64,000 nt of DNA from Thermoplasmatota archaeon (GTDB lineage Archaea > Thermoplasmatota > Penumbrarchaeia > Penumbrarchaeales > Penumbrarchaeaceae), in the NCBI GenBank assembly GCA_016928095.1, contig JAFGLL010000051.1:11779-75778 (forward strand), in the 5' to 3' direction. Under the pieces are notes generated by a model. That model ran no database searches and was not told the DNA's origin. It saw only the letters and a program-made list of their open reading frames with translations. Both the position numbers and the translations under genes were made by a program. This document shows positions 38,553-46,781 of the stretch, one piece after another (position 1 is the first letter of the stretch; each line of letters opens with the position of its first letter).

Positions 38553-39008
38553 TTCTATTATTATTGATTGTTTCTTGGACAGATCGAAACCCATGGGTAT
38601 ATCCAGGTTTCCAATAAGCTTCCATTCTATCCTTGAACGTCTTCCGGAAAGGCTCTCCAGGGCGCCGACGACATCTCCGAGCAATCCTTCGGGCCTTGCC
38701 CCCTCGTCGAAGAGGTTCCTCGGTATTGGGACCCTGAAGTGATATATTCCCTCGGAGTACTCCTTCTCCCCATCCAGGGGGACCTTGAGATCGAAGATCT
38801 TGTGGGTTCTCGTCTCGGTCCTTGAGTGCCCGTCCTCGTAGCGTCTTTCGGAGACCTTCTCCTCCCCCACCAGCCGAACGTAGATCCCCCTTGCCTTCGT
38901 TGGCTTTTTGAGGGTGAGGAGCAGATCCCCTTCTATGGCGTCCCCCGGTCTGAACTTGAAGCGGTCCAATTTCAGCTCTATCTTCCCTTTCCAGAAACCT
39001 ATGCCCAT
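38550..39008 (-). CDS. Hypothetical protein, arrestin-N / SpoOM-like beta-sandwich
   Basis: Pattern F-x-PGD-x-I-x-G-x-L..A-x-GI-x-V-x-L-x-G-x-E..Y-x-F..P..I-x-W-x-L typical of the arrestin clan. Confidence 0.55.
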   Translation of the reverse strand: MGIGFWKGKIELKLDRFKFRPGDAIEGDLLLTLKKPTKARGIYVRLVGEEKVSERRYEDGHSRTETRTHKIFDLKVPLDGEKEYSEGIYHFRVPIPRNLFDEGARPEGLLGDVVGALESLSGRRSRIEWKLIGNLDIPMGFDLSKKQSIIIE

Positions 39009-39239
39009 GCGTAACATCTCCTGCCCTCAATGAACTGTACACATATAGAATAATTTATTGATAGCTTCGATCGCTGATCTTTCCGATCCGCATTATAGGT
39101 CCTATCCGATCTCCGGATCGATCAATGAGAAATATTTCGACATCCCTGTTCTCCCGGTCCGATGAGATCATTGTCATGGGACACTATGATACACATCCGG
39201 GGCTTGAATGAAAATGATTTGCCGCTGGGGAGGCCTCTA

Positions 39240-40304
39240 TCAGATCCATATGGAATATCTTGTCATGTTGCAGTTGACGCCCAGACATTCGTAGTAACTT
39301 TCCTTGCTCCTGAGACTGATATACCTAGCATTGTTCCAGATCTCCCTGAAGGTCTCCCTGGTGAGATCTCCCATGTAGTGGTGCTTTTGACAGCAGCTCA
39401 GGACCTTACCGTCCGATCGTATCACCGATTCCACCCACGGGTATCCGCACATGCCTCCAAAAGGATTGTTGTCCTCCAACGAGAACGGGGCATACCTGTC
39501 GATCTTGAGAGAGAAATCATACCAGTTATGGTGATCCTCTATCAACTCTGGCCCTATCTTCCTGGGGCAGGAGAACCTGATTAAAGAATCATCAGCTTCC
39601 TTCTTGGCCAGTTTGAGATAATATGCGGTTTTTTCCGGATCCGATGTCAGATGCTTGTCGAAGGATATTCCGAAATCGAGAGCACCGAACATGACATCCG
39701 AGATCCCTATCTCCCTTGCCAGTCTGACGATCTTTGGAGCTTCCTGAACATTGTGCATGCCCAGAGTGGTGGCAAGTCTTATGTGGAAACGATCGTTGGA
39801 GGATTGTTGACCGATCTCTACCAGACGTTTCAACTTGGGAAGAAGTTTTTTAAAATTCCCCTTCCCCCTCACTCCATCATAAGCGGTTTCGGTGCCTCCG
39901 TCGAAGGAAACGTTCACGAAAACACCGTTACTGACCAGAAGGTCCATCTTCTTCTCATCCAGGAGGAGTCCGTTCGTGAAGATCTTGGGGAGGAAGGAAT
40001 ATTTCTGTGATGTTCTGATCATTTCCGGAAAGTTCTTCGATAGAAGGGGCTCTCCATTGAGGAAGAAGTCAACCTCTGCCACATGTTCGAAAAGCTCTTT
40101 TTCGATCTTCCTTAGAAGCGGGATTTCCATATCCTCCGTGGACCTCCTTCTTCCCCAGTCGCACATCCAGCAGTTCAGGTTGCAGCGCTGCGTCGGCTCC
40201 ACATAGATCTTGATAGGGTATGAATCAAGTTTCCTTCTTCTCTCGAACAGCTCTAACGTGTTCAATTCCATGTTCTTCTTGACCTTATCGGTGAATTCAT
40301 TCAT
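39240..40304 (-). CDS. Radical SAM protein with SPASM/twitch domain
   Basis: PTQRCNLNCWMC; NGEPLL; FTNG; SFDG; C-terminal CGYPW..DGKVLSCC..MGDL..IWN..C..C. Confidence 0.9.
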   Translation of the reverse strand: MNEFTDKVKKNMELNTLELFERRRKLDSYPIKIYVEPTQRCNLNCWMCDWGRRRSTEDMEIPLLRKIEKELFEHVAEVDFFLNGEPLLSKNFPEMIRTSQKYSFLPKIFTNGLLLDEKKMDLLVSNGVFVNVSFDGGTETAYDGVRGKGNFKKLLPKLKRLVEIGQQSSNDRFHIRLATTLGMHNVQEAPKIVRLAREIGISDVMFGALDFGISFDKHLTSDPEKTAYYLKLAKKEADDSLIRFSCPRKIGPELIEDHHNWYDFSLKIDRYAPFSLEDNNPFGGMCGYPWVESVIRSDGKVLSCCQKHHYMGDLTRETFREIWNNARYISLRSKESYYECLGVNCNMTRYSIWI

Positions 40305-40312
40305 AGGATACC

Positions 40313-41251
40313 TCAGTCATATTTCGCCCGTATCGAACGGAGAAAGCGTTCTTTATCGAGCACTCCGAGAATAATACCCGTCCGCAATGCCGTTCCACAG
40401 ATGATCTCGGATATGAAATGTGAGATCCCTAACCGGAAAAGAACAAGAAGAGAGCCAGGAACGAAGAGAAGATAACCTCTGATCCCAAGTATACCGAACA
40501 GGCTATCGTCCCTTTTTGTTTTCCCGGGTCTGTTCATGGTGTACTGGAGATACGTCCATTTACCCATTTCCACCCATCGTGATAACAGGTCACGGAGACC
40601 CAGATCAACGTATTGAGAGACCAACGAGTCATGCAAATAGCGTATCCTGAGCCCGTATCTCTTCGTCCGGAGTCTGATATCAAGGTCCTCGAAATGCTTC
40701 ACATGCCTATCGAACATTCCCATATCGAGAAGGATGCTTCTCCTGAAGGCAATGTTCCTCAGATCGATATGATCTATGTATCTCACTTCAGAAGAGGCTT
40801 TCATCAACCGTTCTATTCCCAGTTGATGGAGGTGCGACCAGTATCTCCCTGATGAGATGATGGCGTTTCCCTGGACAATCTCCTCGCCGGATATGATGGG
40901 CACGATCATTCTCTCGATCCAATCACAGGGTGCCTCGCAATCTGGATCGGTCAAGATGATTATATCCGCTCCGGATCCCATTATACCTCTGTTCCTCAAT
41001 GCACTGTGGGAGAAGAATTCCTCATGGAATAACTTCAGACCCTTGAATTTCTTTTGGAATTTGGACACGACCTTCTCAACAGAGTCGGTGGATGTTCCGT
41101 CAATGATCATTATCTCATGGTCTTTGAAAGATTGGTCAATGATCGAGCGTAGACATCTTTCGATATTGTTCTGATGATCGCTTACCGGGACCACCACAGT
41201 TACTTTGTAATTGGTCTTTTCATTATTCCGCATAGCAGTCCGAACCTCCAT
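40313..41251 (-). CDS. Glycosyltransferase family 2
   Basis: VTVVVP; IIDGTSTD; LRNRG; LTDPDC (DxD-like); FEDLD. Confidence 0.88.
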   Translation of the reverse strand: MEVRTAMRNNEKTNYKVTVVVPVSDHQNNIERCLRSIIDQSFKDHEIMIIDGTSTDSVEKVVSKFQKKFKGLKLFHEEFFSHSALRNRGIMGSGADIIILTDPDCEAPCDWIERMIVPIISGEEIVQGNAIISSGRYWSHLHQLGIERLMKASSEVRYIDHIDLRNIAFRRSILLDMGMFDRHVKHFEDLDIRLRTKRYGLRIRYLHDSLVSQYVDLGLRDLLSRWVEMGKWTYLQYTMNRPGKTKRDDSLFGILGIRGYLLFVPGSLLVLFRLGISHFISEIICGTALRTGIILGVLDKERFLRSIRAKYD

Positions 41252-42069
41252 GATATCCCGGAGACAAGATGATAAAGAAAGCTTGCATCCATTTTCAGAG
41301 CTTCCGTTGCCAGACCGAGAGAATAACCCAGGAATATTCTCAATGAATGGTGTTCGAATACGGGATCATCCGGATATTTTTTAAGTAGCATTGAATGATA
41401 AGAACCCCTGTGGATCGATTTTCCTGCAACAGCCCATAAAGTGAGGGGGTTGTGATGTCCAACGCTTGTATCCATCAGAGCGACTCTGTACCCATTTTTA
41501 TGGATCCTTGCCGCAAGTTCCGTATCATTCAGGTGATCCATATCTCTATCCGTATATCCCACTTTCTTCAGCACCCCCCTGTCTATGCAGAAGTTGGCCG
41601 TATCCACCTTGCTCGTTCCGTAACGTTCGAAAAAAGACCACATCAAGTGTTTCTCCTCCTGCTCGACGTGTTCTGACCAGTAATTTTTCCTGATAGCATG
41701 TTTCAAACCCTGTGTGGCTGGAACACTGCCTTCCAGAACGGGGGTTGACATCCTTTCTATCCAGTTCCGCGGTACCTCGCAGTCGCTGTCCGTCATAAGA
41801 ATGACCTTTCCTCTGGCTTTTTTTTCGCCTTTGTATCTCGCGTTTCCTATGCCCCTCCTGAGTTCGTTCGTATAGATCACCTTTGGATCCTTCCGGGCGA
41901 GATCCTTTACGATATCTCGTGTACCATCTGTCGAGTTATTATCCACCACCATCACTTCAAAATCATCGAAAGTTTGATCCAGGACGCTTGCCAGACATTT
42001 AGAGATCTCTACCTTTCTGTTTCTCACGGGAATTACTACAGTAACGATGGGGACGTTTTTCGATCTCAT
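41200..42069 (-). CDS. Glycosyltransferase family 2
   Basis: VTVVIPVRN; VVDNNSTDGT; GIGNARYKG; MTDSDC; DTELAAR. Confidence 0.9.
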   Translation of the reverse strand: MRSKNVPIVTVVIPVRNRKVEISKCLASVLDQTFDDFEVMVVDNNSTDGTRDIVKDLARKDPKVIYTNELRRGIGNARYKGEKKARGKVILMTDSDCEVPRNWIERMSTPVLEGSVPATQGLKHAIRKNYWSEHVEQEEKHLMWSFFERYGTSKVDTANFCIDRGVLKKVGYTDRDMDHLNDTELAARIHKNGYRVALMDTSVGHHNPLTLWAVAGKSIHRGSYHSMLLKKYPDDPVFEHHSLRIFLGYSLGLATEALKMDASFLYHLVSGISWRFGLLCGIMKRPITK

Positions 42070-42433
42070 ATGACCCTCCCACTATGGTCGGAAATTACCA
42101 GCAAATAAGGAATTAAAACTCATTCATGGCCAGTATTCCGAAGAGGACCATATCGGTATTTATATTTATCTTGACCTTCAACTCATTATTCTCTACAAAA
42201 TTTTATATGAATTTGTGGAAAGGATCAAGGTAACATCGATCAATTCCTGCATGGTCATTTGTCCCGGTCAATGGAATGAATTAATGATCTGGCTCTTCAT
42301 ATCTTTGAGGCATAAATCCCGGAGAGGGGGGATCCCGGCTAGCAGATCGAATGCTAATTAAAAAAGTCATTTTCCCTTTCGTTATCGCCATTCTGACGAT
42401 TGTTGGTCAGTCTCAAATACGAGAAATGAATAG

Positions 42434-42507
42434 TGGGCCCGCCCGGATTCGAACCGGAGACCTCCGCCGTGTGAAGGCGACGTCATAACCAGCTAGACCA
42501 CGAGCCC
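42434..42507 (-). tRNA. tRNA-Val(CAC), CCA not encoded
   Basis: Reverse complement GGGCTCGTGGTCTAGCTGGTTATGACGTCGCCTTCACACGGCGGAGGTCTCCGGTTCGAATCCGGGCGGGCCCA; anticodon loop TTCACAC. Confidence 0.95.
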
Positions 42508-42695
42508 TTGTTCTGATATTTAGGGTGGATGATCATAGACCATATAAAACTTACCAACTTCGTTATGAACGGAGATGAAGACGTTCTGAGGGTATCTTTC
42601 TTCCATTAATCTTAAATCCAGCATCCGATATCTCCCAAAGAGGAGAATATAAATTCTTTGATACTCATCAACAAACATCATCGGGGGTCGGAAAA

Positions 42696-43232
42696 GTGGC
42701 AGACATAAGGAAGCTTGTAGTGGATGACCGCGGCTGGATCAAGAAGTTACAGAACTTCCTGCCCGGATACAAGAAGTACAGGACATGCGAGGACCTGAGG
42801 GCAGCAGACAGCATGCTGAGAAAGGAGCTGGCAATAAGGCTTTCGCATGTTGAGGAGAGCATAAAGAGGTCCAGAGAGGAGATAACCAGGAACATGGAAA
42901 TGGACCTTATCAACCGCATCGGTGAGCTCGTGAACATCTCTCACCGCCTGACGGAAAAGGTACGCCATGCTGAGCAGGGATACGCACCATGGATATCAGG
43001 TGATGTCAGGATAGAGGAGGATGAATTGAACAAGCTCTACGAATACGACCTTTCGCTGGTCGATCATATAGAAAAATTGTTCAATGAGGCGAAAAAGCTG
43101 GAAGAGGCGACCATCAACAAGGCCACTGATAGAACACAGAGACTCGCATCCATGAGAGGCTCAATAGAGGAGTTCGAGAGCGTGTTCGGGCAGAGGATCG
43201 CAAAGGTCACGAATGTTGCCCAGAGGAAGTAA
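42696..43232 (+). CDS. Conserved-looking alpha-helical hypothetical protein, co-transcribed with the SPFH gene
   Basis: LPGYKKY..R.AD..LR; IRHAEQGY-like segment; ELNKLYEYD; GTG start; stop 15 nt before the SPFH start. Confidence 0.7.
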   Translation: MADIRKLVVDDRGWIKKLQNFLPGYKKYRTCEDLRAADSMLRKELAIRLSHVEESIKRSREEITRNMEMDLINRIGELVNISHRLTEKVRHAEQGYAPWISGDVRIEEDELNKLYEYDLSLVDHIEKLFNEAKKLEEATINKATDRTQRLASMRGSIEEFESVFGQRIAKVTNVAQRK

Positions 43233-43247
43233 AGAGAGGTGAAAAGA

Positions 43248-44414
43248 ATGGGTATAATCGATAAGATGAAAGGGGGAAAGCCCAGCGTCGTGGGAGGGTC
43301 CACCTATCAGTGGGAGGACAAGGGAGAGGACGTGATATGGAAGATCCCCAAGAACATTGTATGGAACGACAACATAGTCGTGAAGGAAGATGAATATGCA
43401 ATATTCTTCAGGGACGGAAAGGCTCTCACGGTCTTCGACAGACCCGGGAGGTACGCACTGACCACCCAGAACATAATGACCTGGAAGCTTGCCGACAAGT
43501 TCCAGGACCTGACCGGCATCCGCCAGATCGGAGAGATATACTACCTCCAGAGGCGGGAGATGAGGGGCAAGTTCGGAACCAAGGAGCCCATAGCCTTCAG
43601 GGATTCCGATTTCGGGATGGTAAGGATACGCGTCTTCGGACAGTATTCCTACAAAGTGAAGGACCCGCTCCTCTTCATAACACAGTTCATAGGGACAGAG
43701 AGTAAAGAGACCACCGGACAGATAGTGGACTGGTTCAGGGACCAGATAGTGATGTCCCTCAACGACATCCTCGGGGAGCTCAAGAGAGACAAGAACATGG
43801 CCATCATAGACGTTCCGGCATATCTGGAAGAAATGGAGCAGATACTCCTTGCAAGGATAAAGGACGACACGGAGAGGTACGGTGTGGAGATATCGAAGAT
43901 CACCGGTCTTAACTTCAACCTGCCGGAAAAGGTCCAGGAAGCCATAGACAAACGCGGAGAGCTGCAGGCCCTCGGCGTGAACTACATGCAGTACCAGGCC
44001 GGACAGGCCATGGTAAAGGCCGCCGAGAACGAGGGAGCCGGAGGGAACATGGCGGGTATGGGTGTCGGTCTCGGAGCGGGTCTTGGTATGGGTTACGGGA
44101 TGACAGGTGCCGTGGGAGCGGGAATGGACCCCAACGCACAGAACCCGTGGGGTTCCCAGCAGCCCGGTGTCGCAGCGGGTAAGAAATGTCCCAAGTGCGG
44201 AACCGATGTTCCTGCCACGGCAAAGTTCTGCAATATATGCGGGGAGAACCTCTCCGGGGAGAAGCTTTGCATAAAATGCGGACAGCCTGTAGCCCAGGGT
44301 ACAAAATTCTGCTCCAACTGCGGCTCAAAGCAGACAATGGAATGTCCCAGCTGCAAGCAAGAGCTTTCATCGGGAGCGAAGTTCTGTCCGAACTGCGGTT
44401 TCAAGATGGGATAG
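43248..44414 (+). CDS. SPFH/band-7 domain protein (YdjI-like) with C-terminal zinc ribbons
   Basis: IVVKEDEYAIFFRDGK; PGRYALTT; KFGTKEPI; RVFGQYS; AENEGAGG; G-rich GLGAGLGMG; six CxxC pairs; GAGGTG SD. Confidence 0.88.
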   Translation: MGIIDKMKGGKPSVVGGSTYQWEDKGEDVIWKIPKNIVWNDNIVVKEDEYAIFFRDGKALTVFDRPGRYALTTQNIMTWKLADKFQDLTGIRQIGEIYYLQRREMRGKFGTKEPIAFRDSDFGMVRIRVFGQYSYKVKDPLLFITQFIGTESKETTGQIVDWFRDQIVMSLNDILGELKRDKNMAIIDVPAYLEEMEQILLARIKDDTERYGVEISKITGLNFNLPEKVQEAIDKRGELQALGVNYMQYQAGQAMVKAAENEGAGGNMAGMGVGLGAGLGMGYGMTGAVGAGMDPNAQNPWGSQQPGVAAGKKCPKCGTDVPATAKFCNICGENLSGEKLCIKCGQPVAQGTKFCSNCGSKQTMECPSCKQELSSGAKFCPNCGFKMG

Positions 44415-45212
44415 CTACTTCCTCTTGCCGAAGAAAGCCCTCTTCATATCGGAGAAGAACCCGCCGACCGACAGGTCAGGCGGGGGGATGTCCCCTCTTA
44501 TGACATTGCCGGTATTTCCGCAGACCAGTATCTGAAAAGGTGATCCGTTATAGGTGTAGTCGATCCTCCAAACAGGTGCATGCACGAACTCCACATCCTC
44601 GATCTCGAAGTCATGATCCATTTCGGAGACCTCGTTCACTTGGTCCATTATCAGGAACCTTTGATGGTCCTGGACCTCCACCTTTGTCATGTCCTGGGCA
44701 TCCTTCTCGTCGAACTCAGCATTCAAATATTTTGCCTTGGCCGGTATCTTCGAAAGGTTGAAATCCTCCTTTCCAGAAAGTGGTATCTCATATTCCTTTG
44801 TGGGGAATTTTGACCCCCTTCTGCCCAGAACCTTCCAGTAGTATTCCCGGTCCAGACTGCCTGACCTCTCTTCCCTTCCTCCACCTCTGGTAAAGAAACC
44901 CTTGTAACTGGTCCTCACGTTCGTATGAACGATGTAGAATGGGAGGAACACCTGCGATCTTCCGGTGATGATCGATCTGCTCCGAAGGTTCGATGGTTTC
45001 AGCGGTCCGTCACCCATCCAGGTCCTGACGATATCATCCACCTTCTTATTGTCGAAGTTTGATGGCAGTATAGAGTGCTCCAGGAAGAAGTCCTTGCCGG
45101 AGGCCACATTGAAGGCCGTCCCGCAGAAATCGCATGTGATTATGACCTCGCCCGCCTTGAGGGAGAGCGAGGCTCCACAGTTGTGACATTTGACATCCCG
45201 GATCAATCCCAT
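44415..45212 (-). CDS. Zinc-ribbon protein, YdjG-like
   Basis: CHNCGASL..CDFCGT; FLPFYIV; HAPVW..Y.Y.G..V.G.TG.V.G..P; stop abuts the SPFH stop. Confidence 0.7.
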   Translation of the reverse strand: MGLIRDVKCHNCGASLSLKAGEVIITCDFCGTAFNVASGKDFFLEHSILPSNFDNKKVDDIVRTWMGDGPLKPSNLRSRSIITGRSQVFLPFYIVHTNVRTSYKGFFTRGGGREERSGSLDREYYWKVLGRRGSKFPTKEYEIPLSGKEDFNLSKIPAKAKYLNAEFDEKDAQDMTKVEVQDHQRFLIMDQVNEVSEMDHDFEIEDVEFVHAPVWRIDYTYNGSPFQILVCGNTGNVIRGDIPPPDLSVGGFFSDMKRAFFGKRK

Positions 45213-45281
45213 GTCTACACATCCCTGATATTCTACACGACATCGATTAAGCATTATATATCCCTTAACGATTTTCCCACC

Positions 45282-46325
45282 ATGGCATCCATAACCACCC
45301 TCAAGATCAACTCGTACTTCTTCATGGGACTTCTGTTCCTTATTTTCGCTCTCTTCATTTTCGCCATCGGTGTGATAGTGGGTCTCGACCTTGTCCTGAC
45401 ATCCATCATATTCTTGCTGTTCACCGTATTCTATGTTCTGATATCCCCATGGATAGTAAAGCTCTCCTCAAGGGTCAGGTATCTGAAAAAAGGTGAGATC
45501 CCGTTCCTGGAAGAAAAGGTATCCAAACTGGCAAAGGAAGCAGAAATACCAATGCCAAAGCTCGGTTTAGTCGAGGACTCCACCCCCAATGCCTTCGTCT
45601 TCGGATTGACCCAGGGAGGTTCGACCCTGGCCGTCAACAGGGGGATCCTCACACTTCTCAATGATGGGGAAATGGAGGCTGTCCTGGCCCATGAGATAGG
45701 CCATATCAAGAATCGGGACTGTATGTACATGACGATCCTCTCCGTCCTGCCAACCCTTGCCATGTGGGGAATGCATATGCTGTTCATGGCAAGGTTCAGA
45801 CCAAGAGGAAGGGATGCCGGCAAGGTGATGCTGGCAATGATCCTGATAGGATTGGTATCCGCCGTGGTCTATTTCATTTCATCACTTCTCATAAAACGGC
45901 TTTCAAGGATCCGGGAATTCTACGCCGATGCATATTCAGCCCATATCACCAGTGATCCGCATTCGCTTGCATCCGCCCTCACAAAGATCGTTTACGGACT
46001 GTCCCTCGCTCCTGCAGAGGAGAAGGCGAAGGCCAACCTGAGGCAGTTCTATATAGGAGATGTCCAGAACGCTCACAGGGAGATCGACCGTATAAAACGC
46101 AACAGCTCGAAGTATGACCTGGACGGGGACGGTGTCATAGACGAGAACGAACTGGAGATCGCCATGTCGGACGAGGCGAACAGGAGTGCATGGGATAAGT
46201 GGGGAGGATTGTTCAGCACCCATCCACCGACCTTTAAAAGGATCCTTGCCCTGAAGGACCTCGAAAAGGATATGGACAGGGGCAATGTCAGGCAGGATGA
46301 CATATACGAAAAGGTGGAGTTCTGA
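45282..46325 (+). CDS. htpX: Zinc metalloprotease HtpX (M48 family) with EF-hand-like insertion
   Basis: PNAF; AVLAHEIGH; SRIREFYAD; LASALTKI; FSTHPP; two N-terminal TMs; DLDGDGVIDENE loop. Confidence 0.9.
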   Translation: MASITTLKINSYFFMGLLFLIFALFIFAIGVIVGLDLVLTSIIFLLFTVFYVLISPWIVKLSSRVRYLKKGEIPFLEEKVSKLAKEAEIPMPKLGLVEDSTPNAFVFGLTQGGSTLAVNRGILTLLNDGEMEAVLAHEIGHIKNRDCMYMTILSVLPTLAMWGMHMLFMARFRPRGRDAGKVMLAMILIGLVSAVVYFISSLLIKRLSRIREFYADAYSAHITSDPHSLASALTKIVYGLSLAPAEEKAKANLRQFYIGDVQNAHREIDRIKRNSSKYDLDGDGVIDENELEIAMSDEANRSAWDKWGGLFSTHPPTFKRILALKDLEKDMDRGNVRQDDIYEKVEF

Positions 46326-46405
46326 AATATTCGGAGAATCTTGGTCAATAGACCAGCATCCACATCTCATCATCGATATGAACATATCAGATTGTCAGGG
46401 GAGGT

Positions 46406-46687
46406 TCATTTTTCTTTTCTCAACCAGATAAGGAATGCCAGGACCGCGATGTCCATGATATCCTCTTTCTTCCCTTTTCGTTCAGTGACCTTGTCCCCCA
46501 TATATACGATGATCTGATCGTACAATCGATCCTCGATATGTGAGATCCTCTCTTCATTGTATATCTCGAGATACCTGTCGTTGTGCTCGGTCAAGGTCGC
46601 TCTGAATTCATCGAAAAATCCGTCCATACCGGTCCCGATGTGGTCCAGTGGTTTTTTATCCATATGCACCATCGGGTAAATATGCAA
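46406..46687 (-). CDS. Small hypothetical protein
   Basis: 93-aa ORF with protein-like composition filling the gap between htpX and the coiled-coil gene. Confidence 0.5.
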   Translation of the reverse strand: MHIYPMVHMDKKPLDHIGTGMDGFFDEFRATLTEHNDRYLEIYNEERISHIEDRLYDQIIVYMGDKVTERKGKKEDIMDIAVLAFLIWLRKEK

Positions 46688-46781
46688 TTATCCCATAATA
46701 AGATATTGGGTATGTTGGGACCGGGTCCCGAATTTGAAAGAGCTGCCCCGGACGGGGCAGGCTCGTCGTAACGATACCAGA

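Noticed and set aside
39018-42507. Integrative element at tRNA-Val, or a RiPP cluster with a precursor peptide
   Set aside because: No duplicated tRNA 3' end and no integrase found; small ORFs in 42070-42430 are 20 aa or shorter with no leader or Cys/Ser-rich core
46330-46400. C/D-box sRNA (minus-strand CTGA followed by ATGATGA)
   Set aside because: No properly placed terminal C and D boxes or guide spacing
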